In this document: one piece after another, positions 26,742 to 41,000 of the stretch
How the letters are laid out: the number at the start of each line of letters is the position of its first letter
Position numbering within the stretch: position 1 is the stretch's first letter
Assembly: GCA_977016875.1 (NCBI GenBank)
Contig: CDRNST010000047.1
Location: 1,240,001-1,304,000 of the forward strand
Direction of reading: 5' to 3'
DNA: 64,000 nucleotides
From: Pavona decussata
Lineage: Eukaryota
The notes under the pieces: model-generated
Seen by the model: only the letters and a program-made list of their open reading frames with translations
Told to the model about the DNA's origin: nothing
Databases searched by the model: none
Made by a program: the position numbers and the translations under genes

Positions 26742-27134
26742 GGATGGTACCTACTAATACCGAAGTATTTTTGTGGTGCTTATTACTATGCGGGAAAAAC
26801 AGATCTTAGCAAGGCCTCTTGGAATCCAAAAAAAAAATTAGGGGTAACCACGCATTTTTCAGAGATAATTAAGCAATAATATCTTTAAAAAGCGCCAAAA
26901 TGTGAAGCAATGTATGGGATTTTTCCCCTAAATTGAAGCTTAATTATCTCTGAAAAATGCATGGTTACCCCTAATTTTCTTTTGAGGTACCAAAAGCACT
27001 TGCTAAGTTCTGCTTTCTCCGTATATTTTAAACCGCACAAAATTAACCCTGTATTAGTAGGCAGCACCCATAGGAAACCCGAGTATCTCGAGATGCGCAG
27101 AACGTATGCGCAGCAACAATAGTAGGCACCGTCC
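26742..27134. mobile_element. TTAA-flanked palindromic MITE (Kolobok-like), copy 1
   Basis: TTAA|GGATGGTACCTACTA ... TAGTAGGCACCGTCC|TTAA, with internal inverted arms AAATTAGGGGTAACCACGCATTTTTCAGAGATAATTAAGC / GCTTAATTATCTCTGAAAAATGCATGGTTACCCCTAATTT. Confidence 0.8.
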
Positions 27135-27963
27135 TTAAAGGTAGTAACGATTCGGAAGTTTTCGACCAATAATAACATCAAAACAATAACAACAACGACG
27201 ACAATGATAATGACAACTATAAAGATAATGGCAACTGGTGACGACAATAACAGTGAGGATAGCGATAACGATAAAAATGATAATGACATGATGACAACCA
27301 AGAGTAAATAACTCTTGTAACAACCCAAAAACCAAAGCCGACCGTTCTTACTACCCCTGGGGATCTTTGCTTGCTAGTTAGAGTTGTACCGAGCCGTTGA
27401 CATTTACTAATTTAAATCTCACTTGATTTGCAACAACGTGCCGCCCTCAAACTGTGAAGGGCCCAAAACTTCCACTGTATTCAGTCTCAAAACATTCCCC
27501 TTCCTGCTCATGTAAGTTTGGCACCCAAGTGCGAGCCACCCACCTGCACTTAACTCTGCCCCTAGGCTATGTCAGCATTAGCCAATCCATCATTAAGAAC
27601 ATGCATCGGAATGGAGGATGTCGCCAAAACTTTCCTCCAGAGTCACTCCAGCCTAGGAAAGGAACCAAATTCAACTGAGTTTAAAGTGTCAAAACCCTCC
27701 CCTCCACACCCCCTTGCTTTTGACACAGAACTGTGAGCCTTAACCGGTAGTTAGGCCTTTTCCTGGGCTAGGTGACTGGGAAGTGCTTGACGGAACGCCC
27801 CCTCAAGTTACAACCAGCAGACAGACATGAAGGCAGGGCGCCTGATCGGATCTAGCAGTGACGTTTTTGCAAACTCAGACATATATAGCGTCCGGGTGGC
27901 CAATACTTATTTATGTTAAATAATTCAAGTGTGAGCGCATTACAAAAAAAAAAAAATGCACGC

Positions 27964-28342
27964 TGAAAACCGTTGACGATACTGCTGGAATTAGAAAATA
28001 TCATATGAAACAAACTATTGCTGGAATAAGAAAATAACGTCTGAAACAGTTGAAACTGTTGCTGGAGTTAATAGCTGTACATGTCCTTGTGAAAAAACTG
28101 AACCTATTGCTGGAATAAGAAAATATCGTATAAAACAGTTGAACCTTTCACTGAAATTATAATATATCGTAAAAACCGTTGACGATACTGCTTGAATTAG
28201 AAACTATCATTTGAAACAGTTGAAGTTATTGCTGGAATAAGAAAATATCGTCTGAAACAGTCGCTGGGGTTAATAAATATCCTGTGAAAAAATTGACCCT
28301 ATTGCTGGAATAAGAAAATACCGTGTAAAAAGTTTGAACCCT
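27964..28342 (+). repeat. Minisatellite, ~42-bp unit, about 9 diverged copies
   Basis: Recurring TTGCTGGAATAAGAAAATATCGT.TGAAACAGTTGAA unit. Confidence 0.85.
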
Positions 28343-29168
28343 TATAAGCAAGACACATACAGAACAAAAGGAGGAGAGTCTTAAAGTGAACTCCAAAAAT
28401 CTTACTCAGTTAATAGCTACAATAAGTAGGTAAGTTCACGCTCCGGAATCTCTCAATCGACTTACGGGTGTTTTTGTCCAAACACTACACTAAAATTAAC
28501 GTATACAATTCACTGCCAAAGTTTGTCGCTATATATTTATTATTACTAAGAAGATAACACACAAACGAGTGGGTCTGTCTTTGCATGTGGCCATGGATTG
28601 AGCCAATTGCCAAGGATAATGACCTCTTTAAGATCAGTCTCTTATACGGCGACCACCTTCCTGTAGACGTGACATTGTTGGTGCTCACACACGGGAAATA
28701 AAACTTCAGAAAATAGTAAATATGGGGTGATAGTATCCACGCGAACGATATTTACTTTTTTTTAATAACAAACTGAGAAGGCAAAACCACGTATTATACT
28801 TTCTAAAGCTATTTTCTTATAGCCTGGTCCGGGAGAACGCGCGCAGCTACCAATCTATATATAGGTATAGTAATAATTATATCTTAAGATGATTCATGCT
28901 ACAGAAACCGAGAAGGCTGCAGCCTTGTTAAAGTGGCCTGTAGCTCGAGTATGATTATTCACTGTAAACTCAAAAGATCTACTAATTGTTTTTTCGCCCA
29001 GAACTGATTCGACCGCTATATCCCGCTCTGCATGGTAGTCAATTGTAATATCGGGCAAAAATAACAAATATATTTCAGTTATTCTAGCCTTTGTTGTTCA
29101 TTCTATCAAGCTCGTCACCTCCGCCCTTGGGATCAGTCTGCCGTCAATATTTTGTAGTCAGTTGTACC

Positions 29169-29413
29169 CTGGGCCCGGTTGTTCGAAAGCCGCTTAACGT
29201 TAATCCACGATTAAAAGTTAATCGAGGTTTTCATCTAGCTAGTTAAAGATAATTTTAAAGGCTCATGTTAAGCTAATGGTAAAGGAAAGTCTGAGGCAAA
29301 ACTTAGGGACAAAAATCTTTTGGACGAATCCTTATGGATTAGTAAACAAACTCGAATCAAAGTTCACGTTAACCCAGGATTAGCTTAATCGGGCTTTGAA
29401 CAACTGGCCCCAG
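29169..29413. mobile_element. MITE with GGCCCRGTTGTTC TIRs (related to 5973-6123)
   Basis: CTG|GGCCCGGTTGTTCGAAAGCC ... GGGCTTTGAACAACTGGCCC|CAG. Confidence 0.75.
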
Positions 29414-32400
29414 TAGTTTATCTTTATTATAACGATTTTTGCCCCAACGAAACATGCCATTACGAGGGCCGAAATGGTTCGCAAAACAGTACTGTATTCT
29501 ACTCGCAGAAACAGCCTCAATTTGAAAGGGCTAAAAGGAATCTCGAGGGAACTCTCCCCACTATGCTTTTAGCCGAGCTCTCGATGACGGTTTACCGGTA
29601 CCCATTTATATACCTGAATTAAAGTAGACAGCCATGAGGAAGCTGAAAGAGCTGATCAGATTGCCACAATAAAGTGATAAGGCTGTGCGCATACGTGAGT
29701 TACTGACCATACCACGGAGCTGTGTAGTGTGACCATTGCTTTCAGACGGTTTCAGATTATCATGATCAGATTGCCATCACCCCAAGACCACTGGCATTGA
29801 GAGATCACGTGATATAGTTTTTCTTAAAATGAAAGTTGTGATATTTTCACATTTAAAAATGAGTAGGGGTTATGTTCGAAATATATCAATAGGATTTCCA
29901 CTTCGAAAATTTGCATTTATGTAGAAATATTGCTTGCTTTCTATCAGATCACGTGACCAGATTTTATTTTATTCATTTTAAAAAAAATGCATGAGTAAAA
30001 TCTTTTCAAAATCAAATTTTGCAAACAAACATCAAAGGATTGTTTGAAAAATGAAAAAAACATTTGAGCATAATTGAGCAACCTTGGTAAAATAACATTA
30101 AGTTGGAGTTTTGGCGGGCATGTTGGAGGATGTATATGGAACGGTCGTGCCCTCCAACATGGCGGCTATTCAAAGCCTTACAACTTGAACTGCCATGAAA
30201 TCTCTCCCTTTGACGATTTTGCCTTCAAATTTGGCATCTACAATAATTTTTTAAGTGTTTCCCCTTCTGTTTCTAGTATCATCACTCTTTCAACCAATCA
30301 TTTTGGGGGGGCATCTGGGTCACGCAATTTCTTTAGTGCAAGGGTCCTATTAAACTAAATGGAAGCCATTTGCACATGGCCATACAAATTGTCGCATCCT
30401 CATTCATTATAAATCATCCTCTCTTGCCTACCCATATTGGAGAAACATTGTTCAAGTCGACAAACTTGCAAAAATGAACGAGGCTAATCTGCTAAAGGTT
30501 TTACCATCATGGTTCTTTAACAAATTTGCGTCAGTAAGGCATTATATCGGCAAATGAAACTCAGGCTATTATGCAGACAGATTGACGGGGATGGTTTCTA
30601 AAGAAACTGTGGTGCTACGTCGTGCGTGCGGATTGATAACAAATGTTTGGCAGTGTTAAAAACTGGGTTGATATGGTAAATTTGGCCACCGCAAAGAACT
30701 TTCGTTTCTCTTTACGGTGGCCAATTTACCTTTAGGTGATGAAATCAAACATTCTATTTATGCAAACTTGTTACCAAAATTTTAGCCAAGATCCAAAGGA
30801 TAAAGTTTGACTCCCTGGTGAGGGTAGGGGGTCTCCCATATAAAAATCACGGTCGTGATCATCCAAATTTTTGAAAAACAACGTACATAAATCTCTGAAG
30901 AAATATCATCTCAACGTAAAAGATATTAACATCTCGTTTTGTTGGCATGGCTGAAATTCATTTTTAGCCTTGAGGGAAACCAAATCAGTTGACTGACGAA
31001 TAGTTCCTTTTTATTTTCGGCTCAGCAACCTAAAGTACTGCTTTTACTCGAGTGGTGGTCGTTTCAGACTTTTACACCCCAAGGGTACCAATCCACCAAA
31101 TTTTGCTCCCTGTGAGGTACGACCATCAACGGTCTTCATTTTTTGTACGGAATCCAGTTGACTTCAGTTTGTGGTCAGAGATTTAAGCCATTATCCATTC
31201 AGCAAAATTCGATTCACTGAGGCAACCAATCAGATGCTCCTTTCCATCGTGTACTAGTTCAGAAATATAATTACGTAATAATGTAAAAACAAGTTTTGTG
31301 TTTCGTTATCAACAACTATACCGTTTCCCCCGAAAGTCAAACATTTTGTTTGTGTGAATGAATTTCCAACGCGAAGCCACTGAATCAAATGAAAGCCAAT
31401 GCGTCCACGTTCCTTCCTAGGGCGCTGTTCAATCTTTATTGGGTTGTAAATTTGCACTTGGAAGCCTTAGCAAGAATTAAAAGGTCTGGCGGATTGCCGT
31501 AATTTTATTCGGTGCGGTGCAAATCGTATGTCTGGGATAAGACCAACAGACCGCGGATTAAAAATGAACGTGCACTTGTGCATACAACAAAAATTGCTGG
31601 TGGTTTTGAAAGCTCTTTTAGTTATATAAAATCGCCATCTTGTTTTCAAAGCACCTCAGTGTTTGTTGACTGAGGCTTTCGTTCCCTCCTTGTTTTAAGA
31701 GGTAAGTAAATGCCAAGTTTCAAAGGCTTTCTTGCTCCTTATTAAGGAATTAAATAGCGATGTTTTGTGTCACTAGCATGATTTACAGCCTTATCAACCA
31801 AACATTTACTCACTTTCAAATCGCTGTCGGTAAACACAGACGCATAGCTATATCGCTTTGAAGATCAATTTACCGGGATTCGGCTTGTCAAATGATAACT
31901 CAATAAATTTTGGATTTTCTAATAAAAAGTTTCGCTTTCTAAGATTTTCATACCCTTGTTGATGTAGGGTCTCTATCTGGAGGGAAAAAGACGTCATTAA
32001 ATTAATACAAATGCTCTGTCAGGCGTGACGCAAATTCGTTACTGTTAATTTAAGCGGAACACGTTGAGTTTGACGTCACTGTTTTGAGGCGGTAGATAAA
32101 TTGAAAGCTTTTTCTGTGTCTTAAAAAGTAATGCTTCCGTTAATATCTTTGCATTTTAGTTCTTGCGAACTAGAAATTTATGGAATCCGCCAAACGGTAG
32201 CTCTCTTTCTTAGAAGTTCAAGAGTTAAGTGCATTAAATTTTTAATGCACTTGAAACTTTCATTAAATTTCTTTATTATTGCCCGTTAATCCGTTAAACT
32301 GGAATCATTTCCGGAAGCATTGTGCTCTCCGACAAGTGCTTATCTAATTGAAGCCAATTTTACATTCATCGTGCGCGATATTTAAGTTCAAAGAACTAGA

Positions 32401-34337
32401 CAGTACTGTAAACATGCCTATTTTCTTCCAGGGGGCTAATCTACAGACTAATAACCACGTAATAAACTAAAACGTGTTTAGTTTCACGAAACGGTTTTTG
32501 TTATTGAAAATAAGCGACAGAAAATTAAATTCATGTCTTGCCCTCGTTAGAGCTTGCAGTTGTTCATGTTACCGTCACTAGGACCTTACAAGAGAATAAA
32601 ACTCCTTTAATCCTTATATCTCCGAAGAGTAACAGGAAAAAAATTATAGACTGAATGCCTCGTAAATTCAAAACAAATAAACGAGGTAACGCACTTCTCA
32701 TAGCTATCCACACACTCAAAAGTTCAAGACTGGCCGGCATTAGATGAATCAGGGCTTAATTCTGAGAGTATGTATAAGCAATGGCTCCAAACAAAAATTT
32801 GAAATCATAATTAGCGAAAGTAAAAAATATTTTCAGTTTGACTAGGTCTATTGAAGTTTCACCTTTTTCTCGGCATCTAACATTTTTTTGTTCTTTTGCT
32901 CGTAAGTATCCGTTTATTATCACTAAACCATTCTTCTGTTTCTACAACTGCCATTCATTAAGGCGTGAAAAAACAATCCAGCTTTAATCTCCTTTTGCTT
33001 ATTCGTACGTTAACCTCTAGCTTTGATTAAGCTTTCAGCACAATGCAGCATAAAGCATTCACTTCTTTCTGCTATTTTTGTCGACTTTTGCTCCTGCTTT
33101 TCAGTTAAACAAGACACAACGTAAGCTTTGTCTTTTCCTCCACAATCAACCAAAGAATAAGTAAACTTAACTGAAAAATATATATACAGAGAGATAAGTA
33201 TACGGTGAAAGTTCTCTTCACGATCAAGCTCGGAATTTCATGAGCATTGACTTATACTGACTTGATTATAGTTACAAGAATTCAAATGCGCGTTTGTTCA
33301 CAAGAATATCTTTGATCCTCAGTCACAACCTCCAAACATATTTTGCCTTTCTATCTTCAGTCCATGCAGCAATGATAAAATAGATGTTTAATAAGCGAAA
33401 TAGATATTCTCTGAAAACGAACTTTCACTTAAAACAGTGATAAAACTATGAAAAGAATCCCACAAGGCCAACGAAAAGTTAAATAAACAAATGTCGGTGA
33501 CCTTTCTAGTGTTAAGCCTTTTCTATGCTATCGCGGCAGCGTTGGACTAACCAAGAAAACCACCACAACTTGACGGAGGAAGCGGCCCCACTCACTCTGA
33601 GTTCCCCGCCACCTGCGCGCATTTCCTGATAGGTGAGCGTACGTGTCTCGCTTCCTACTCTTGTTTTCTATTCACTGAAACCCTATAATCCAATCGATGC
33701 TTCTGTATGAAACGAAAGACACACACGAGGTTGTATTCTTTAAACAACAAAAAAGCAATTTATTGCGAAAACAGTTGCATGTGGCGAATCGGACTGTGCC
33801 TTCCGGTATCGCCACAGTTGATAACTGCTTCGCTTTCTTTTGTGACCTATTGATTGCAGAAACTCGTTTAATTCAATTGCACTCCAGTCTTGTACAAAAA
33901 GATTTCACAAGCGTTCCTTTTGTTTAAATGAGACAGTTGAACAAGAACAGAAGAACCAAGCTCGCAGCGACGCCGTATTTACTCGTTTTCTCTTTTTGAC
34001 GGTTTTTTACACCTCTGGTTTTAATCTTGAACCGTCTCCAATCTGATACCTCAGTATCATATACGAAGAAGCTTAAGGCTTCACATTTATGCGCCTTGAC
34101 TCTTTAAATGGGAGTCAATTTACTGCAATATCAGATGCTTTTCTAAGGGGCTGCCACATTTCTTAACTTTCTCCAGTTTTTTTATCCATTTCCTAGAAGT
34201 CTATGTTGTCTACCTTAAACTTCAGTTTCGTGTTGAAAGAAAACTCCATATTGTTAAAATAAGCATGCTATTCAAGATCACTCGAACTTCGGTTTAAAGA
34301 AGCACACGATAGTTGATGTAAATGATAGATACATTTA

Positions 34338-34470
34338 TTCAGTCAGTGACACAGGCATACTCGGAAATGAAAAGAAACTGAGTTCTCCCACTGAAGAGTC
34401 GAACATATGACCTACAAGAGACTCGTGGGAGCTAGACCATTAAACTGGGTTCATGTGACAAACATCCTGC
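34338..34470 (-). mobile_element. tRNA-derived SINE/repeat, copy 3 (internal deletion)
   Basis: Shares CAGTGACACAGGCATACTCGGAAA and GAGACTCGTGGGAGCTA..CCATTAAACT.GGTT with 4000-4137. Confidence 0.7.
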
Positions 34471-37400
34471 AGACTGCTAAGGATTTGAATGTCGATCGAT
34501 GTATTTTTTTCATCTATCATAATTTATATGACTTGATTTGATTCCTATGCTCAACCTTTTTTGATACTGAACTGCGTCGGTTTTTGAACAAATTTATGTT
34601 CAAATCTTGCATAAAAAGGAGGCTTCGCCAAGTCTCATTAACGCAGTTTATTGTAAGGTCGAGTGAAAAAGATACAGCTCGGAAGCACTTGCTGTGGTCA
34701 TTCAGTATTGCATCCTTGCTCAGACGTTTCCACTGTCAAGACTCAGGTTCCAAAACCAGTCCTGAGATCATTTTGTGGCGTTTTACAGGGATTTTTGAGT
34801 AAGTTAATTCAGTTTAATCTGTTCAGAAGCTTTAGCCGAACATTTAAGTTGCAGAAAGTTTTAGGGAACGGAATCTCATTTACCGAATTATCGAGCTGCC
34901 GTTAGCTTACAATGCTAGCTGACCCTTTTTCTTTAACGGCAACGAAAGGAATTAGATTTCCAGTGTCATGACGAAATAATGAGGACAATGAGCTGTCATT
35001 TTGTTAAAAAAACTTGAGATTTTCTCCAGTAACAACTAAATGAGTTCTGAGGTGATTAAGGCCCTCCAAACAGATAACATGTACGTTTATTCTGGCAAAG
35101 CAATTTCGTTTCGTTTCAGCTAAACCAGATTTACGTTTTTAAAATAATTGCGAGCAATGAAAAAATGAGAGTATGAATATCTCACAGTCATATTTTCATC
35201 CGTGTTAGGCAGAAATCAGTAAAAACAAGCAAGGACGGACCCGATGAAATATCAGCCCTGATTATAATTTTAAAGCTTGTATTGGGATGGAAAATTTTAA
35301 GTTTCCACAGGCAAATAAGTAGATCCAGAAAACATTACGTTGGCAAAGTATTTCTTTATGTTTTAGCAGAATATTAAAAGAAGTTTTCAACAGTTACCCT
35401 AGTGAATCTGGCTACAAGTGTCGAGAGGAAAGTTCAAATCTGCACATTTAAATTTTTCGCCGATTTCTGTGCATTCGTGACTCGGTCTCAAAGCATGTAG
35501 CATGTGCTCAACTCGGTTTTGTACTTGCCGACGCCGTGGGCAAATTAACAAAAGCCCGTGAAAACATAATGTTCTGTTCAAAGTTAATTTATTCAGCTAA
35601 ACGAGCAAATAACAGTTTACAATTCATGCAATTTACTTTGTTCAGTTTAAAGCCCAAAACTCTTATTTTCGGCATCATCTTTAAATTTTATGAGTGCTAT
35701 AAACACTTGTATTAAATCAGCACTGCTTAACTCCCTACCAGTTATAACAAAACTGTACATTAAAAAGTGTTATAATGAAATCTTTGTTCGGCAAAATAGG
35801 AATCACTTCCTGCAAAAACGTCACACGATTCGAAAACAACAGACTGCTTTACCGACACGATGCTAAACGCCACGCGTAACTATTCAACTTTCAATGACTG
35901 CGACGTCCTGGGCGGCCATTAACCGTGTGAAGATTATATTAATAAATTCTTTTATTAAACTTCTATTACCTCCTTCTGGTGTAATCTAATAACAATGAAG
36001 CTATTTTAAACGGATTTCCATTGGTTTGTAATCACTTGTTATGAATCGACCACCTTACCACGACAATCGGCTGACGCCCGGTTGCCACAGTTACTAAAAC
36101 GAAGACGCTGATAAAAATCACAAAGACGTACGGCGTTACGAGAAATACGTGATCAGGGTATAATTCGATGTTCTTAATGCCAGGCGGGGGGCAGATAACG
36201 TAACTTCAAGTATTTCCGATTAGTTTGAAAAGACGTTTAAAGTGAGGATTGGTCGAGTCTACAGCTTGCACCATTATAGCAAGACATCGTTGTCTCACAT
36301 TTTACCCCAAGGCGCCTATATTCGTGCGATTTAAAAATTACCTTGCTCTAAGGAGTAGAAAATCTTGTTTGAGCCTCTAACTACTCAAAGACAAGTGGTA
36401 ATTTAACCATAATTAGATTATTTGTTTGCTTCCTAAAAGACCTCCAAATTTTAGCATGACGTCAGGTTAGGTGCGTGACCGGGGTTAATAAGGAAACAAG
36501 CTAATCCTCCGGCGGTTATATGAAAATCTTTTTGCTGACACAATAAAATATGCTAATCAGCTATTTGCTCTTGCAGGATGTGGTTTGATCGATCGGCACA
36601 GAACAGTGAAAGGAATCCATTGTTCAGATAAAACGATTTATGTTTCCGCAGAAGGGAATCATTTTCCTAAAACTCTTAAACAACACTTTTGCGATTACAA
36701 ACGATTAAAACCTGCCGCACAACCATAGCGAGAAACGTTTAAATATCACTTAACGGCTCAAGATAAAAAAGAAAATTCATATGGAATCTTGTTTGAGTTC
36801 GCTGTTTGTCCTTTCTCCCTTCTTTTGACTAAAATCGCGCATCTTGTTGAACTAGGAATTAACATAACTCGTTGCTCCTTCAGGCGTTTAGCCGGCGTTA
36901 AATTAAATCTTCGTGTTGGCATTCAAAGCCACTCCACCTGATCGCATAAATTAAAGTCTCAATAACTCATGCGATTAAGCCACGACGTATTATAGACAGT
37001 GACGGAATTACAGCGTTACTTTCCGCACGTTCTTTTCGGCCGGCGAATTGTAACCACAGAAATCAAAAGAAGAAATGTCAACGACGTTGCCATCTCTCCA
37101 GTCATGCCGCCTTCATCTTGTACGACATTTCCTGACAACACTGTTATTATGTTATCATTAGGCCACTCCCAGTCAGTTATGGTTTAAATTCAGAAGCACT
37201 GGCCCGCGCATTACTCTACCAGTCTATTAACACGCTGAAAACGAGGAGCTAGACAAAGTGACAGTTTCGTACTTTTGACATCTTCGGTTTGGCATTTCAA
37301 GTTGATTATTCAAGGTAATTAAGGTAGCTTTTACAATGTTATATATATTGCCCACTGAACTTATGAACTCAATCGAAGTGTTTGCTTTGTTTAATTTACA

Positions 37401-37970
37401 AGTGCTTCTAAGAATCATTCACTGAGATCATTGGTCTCATAACTTGAGAGGTTCACTTTTCTGACAAACGAGTGTATCGACGAAGAAGGACCGCTCCAGT
37501 TTTAGCGAGCCTCCAAATTTGCTTTCCGCCTCTTATCTGTTATAAACGTGTGATTAGAAGGCCTTCGTATCCGACAGCTTTGAGCACTGTTTCCAAGTAT
37601 TTACCGCGGACATTGCACCTTCTAAGATAATGCTGGGCCTTTATTATCAATGCGCATGGTCATTGGCTTGTATAACAAAGTTCTCAGACCAAAATAAATG
37701 TAATACGTCTCCACCTCACAATTAGGAAGTTGTTTAGCTCATTTCATAAGGTGACAATGAAATTGTCACTCCCACAAAATTTCACCGACATCGCATTGGA
37801 ATAAATGCAATACATTCACGCTAAGAGGATTATTAAACTTCTCAACACATTCACGAATCAACATTCTTTTCAACTAGAATCATCCAGCGTGACTATATCG
37901 CGGTAAAGCGTATATCAGTTTTGCTTCATGCTTTGAACAATTCACTTTCAGAAATCTCTGGAGTTAAGCC

Positions 37971-38085
37971 ATGGATCGCCATCCATTCTCTATTGAAAAC
38001 ATCCTGAAAGACACACGCGGTGCGGGTAGCATCCTGAAAATAGCACCGACTTCCGAGGCACTAGCATTGGCTGAGAGAATGGCAG
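37971..38085 (+). CDS. Dmbx: Dmbx-A exon 1 (MDRHPFSIENILK...TSEALALAERMA; eh1 plus Dmbx motif)
   Basis: GCCATGG start, FSIENIL eh1 motif, donor GCAG|GTAAGA. Not in the ORF track (<60 aa). Confidence 0.85.
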
Positions 38086-41000
38086 GTAAGATTGCATTGC
38101 CTTTCAGTTGTAATGCCACTAACACGGTGAACCTGTATTAAGAAACTTCGAGACTCCTGTTAATTACATTCTCCTTACGACGAAGCAGGGAACCGCCTTT
38201 GTTTTAAGACGTTAACTAGGAATCCGTTTAACTCTCATCACTGTCAACATAATTATACCAAAAAATGTTCCTCTTCAGAAACCGACGATTCTATTGTCTG
38301 ACAACAGTCAATAGGGTCTCTAATCAACAGTACCGAGAATAAAAACTCTTCTTGTATGCCAAGACGTTTGTGAATGTTCAAATAAAGTTTTAGTAATTCG
38401 TTTCCAACTGAAACAAAGCAGCCGGAACTATTCTTCAATTAAAGCAGAATGGAGTTCCACCTTGAAAGAAAAACGACGTAAGGCACTCCATTCCTCAGTT
38501 TAAGGAAAGTAAAATTCGGTTAGTGATTTAATTCAACTGAGGGAGGGTCATTTTCAACGTTTCTTTAAGTCGTTGGCCATGACTGCTGTAAAATCAAAGA
38601 AACAGGCGCGTACCGTGGTCGTAAACTGAGAAATTTGCTGGTTAAAAAATATAGTTATCCGTGGGGAAAAATTTTGCAGCAAAGGAATCCTTTGCATTGT
38701 GCCAAAAATTTGATTTGGATTCCGTGACGAATGAAGTAAAATAGGAAACTTTGTTAGTAAGCTCATAATCCATGTGGTTGTATCAGTAATTCAACCAAAT
38801 CTCTTGCGGCTACGATATGAGTTTACATTGGAGGGTTTCGTAATTACAGCCTCTATAAGATCGATCAAACAGTAAAGTAAAATCTGGTACGCTTTCTTAT
38901 CTGCATCTCAGCATGTCCGTAAACGTTAAATTTAAAATCTAAGCCTTCTACTTTATTGACTAGAAAACAAAAATCGCGTTCGTGATCACGCCTTTTCAAA
39001 TCTAATTTCCGCAATCATTTATACATAAGTCGGTTTAAAACCCCGTGTTCTCCATGGAAAGAATTCCTTTGTTTTGAAACCCACCCGGTGAAGCGGTGCG
39101 GATCCAATGAAGAGAGGAAAGAGAAACAAACTGTGTACCCCTGACAAAGGATACTTCCGTTAGTTCATAAACATTTGAGCGGAAATGCTCATTGTATGAG
39201 CGGTATCCTGAAACAAGACTTAATCTTCTAAGTCTTACCGCACGTAGCCAACCATACGTTGGTGTGAACGACTACTTGGTTAATCGACGTACACGACGCA
39301 ATAAAGTATGTTGTTTCTCCCAATGGTTGCCAGCATTATGTGAGTGAAACGCCTTCCGTTTTATGATGAACCGTAATGAAGTTCCGTAGTCTAACAATTC
39401 TATGGTGTTGCAGTCCCTCATTTGTTCCTGATTAAAAAGACAATAGACCTATAAACTTTCTAATTCTAATTTTGTATCCGACTAATACTTTCTTTTTGAA
39501 ACTTTGAAGTTGCGTAAAGAACGTGAAAGGTCTCCCACGTACTTTAAAAATAATCATAAGATGTTAGTACTTCTCAGTGACACTATCCGTAGTTAATTAC
39601 AGTTGTAGAGTATGCGGCAATGAACGGCTGATTTCGCAACTTAAGGTAATGATTTCTGGGTTTCTTTATTAGACAACAATCAAGCTGAGAAAGTAAAAAA
39701 GGAGGAAGCTTTCATTTCATATCTGAATGCTACTAGCCCGCCAACTGACAGGGCGTCGCCCACAGTGCCAGCAAACGAAGCGAGGCTAAAACCGCAATTT
39801 TCTTTAGCACTAATCCTTCAAAAGTCCTATTAATCACGAACTAGAATTTCTCTTTGTTCTCTGGTTACTATGCCTAATTGAAAATGTCAGTTGTGACAAT
39901 CTCATAAAGTTGCGATTCTCTATGTTTACGTTCGCTAGGTGCTTGGTGAGTCAACACAAGAACAGTTAATCAGATTTATTAGCACCCTCTGTCAGTCTCG
40001 TGGAAGCAATGATTACAATTCTAGGCATTCCCAGGTGCTGAGGTTTACACAGCGCCTAAGCTTTGATGAAATATCTTAAATTAGTTGTGTTCTTTGTGAA
40101 GGAGGTTACTCTCTTTATTTTGATCTCATACATTGTCTGACAGCTTACCAGTGTGTTGGCAAATAGGACAAAGTGCAATTTCTTAATTGCATTGGCGTAT
40201 AGTCTCATCTGGAAGAGAAACACCCTTAACGCTAAGAGGTTATTCTTTGTTAATCAGTATTAACTGGTATGAAAAACTCACATTAAGTGTTTCAATCAAC
40301 GGTTATGGTACAATGAAGGGCGTTAACGTGTAGTTGTCTAGTTTCCCTTCACGTTTTCCTGTGACTTGAATGCAGCAAATTTCCGTTACCATTCTTTCTC
40401 GTTCAGTTTTCAAAAGAAAACTACCTTTGACCTTGAGTCTCTAACCCAAAACTTTGTTGTTGGTTTCATGGGGGTATGGAGAAAAATACCTGACGCTTTT
40501 GCATTAGCTCTTGATTATTATGAATCAGTCACTGATTTTCTAGCGGTGAAGTTTCTTAGAGAACGCCGGAAATTACACCCAAACAGTAACAAAAGGGAAG
40601 GGATGATGAATAATAGCTGTCACATCACAAGCCATCCGACTTCGAACAGAAGACCGAAAGAAAAATTGTATAAACAAGTGAGTAGAATTCATCTCTCTGG
40701 AACAATGCTAAGCATAAAGCTCAGCTTGGCTTAATGAGGTTCAGTTGTACAAAGCAACCAAAAAGTAACACATGCAACGGGTACCGAACTGTTGCGTCAG
40801 TGTATAGTTTTCGTTCTCTAAATCAATATAGAACTGATTTATTGTTCCGTGTGCTCTGTGTGTGAAAAATGTGCTGACATAAATTGCCTTCACAAGTTTT
40901 CGTTTCAAAGACGTGTTATCAAAAATAGCCTACGAGAGTCTCAGAAGTCCATTAGACAGGAGGCGTCTAGTGGGGAATCAGACGTTAGATCTCACCGCGA

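Noticed and set aside
26885-27335. Hydrophobic 147-aa ORF resembling a membrane protein
   Set aside because: It is the antisense reading of a trinucleotide low-complexity tract plus a MITE.
27964-28342. CRISPR-like array
   Set aside because: The units are contiguous diverged tandem repeats with no unique spacers, in a eukaryotic context with no cas genes.
36570-36610. Possible orphan homeobox helix-3 exon (ttgcag|gatgtggtttgatcg)
   Set aside because: It does not give WFxNRR in any frame, so the resemblance is superficial.
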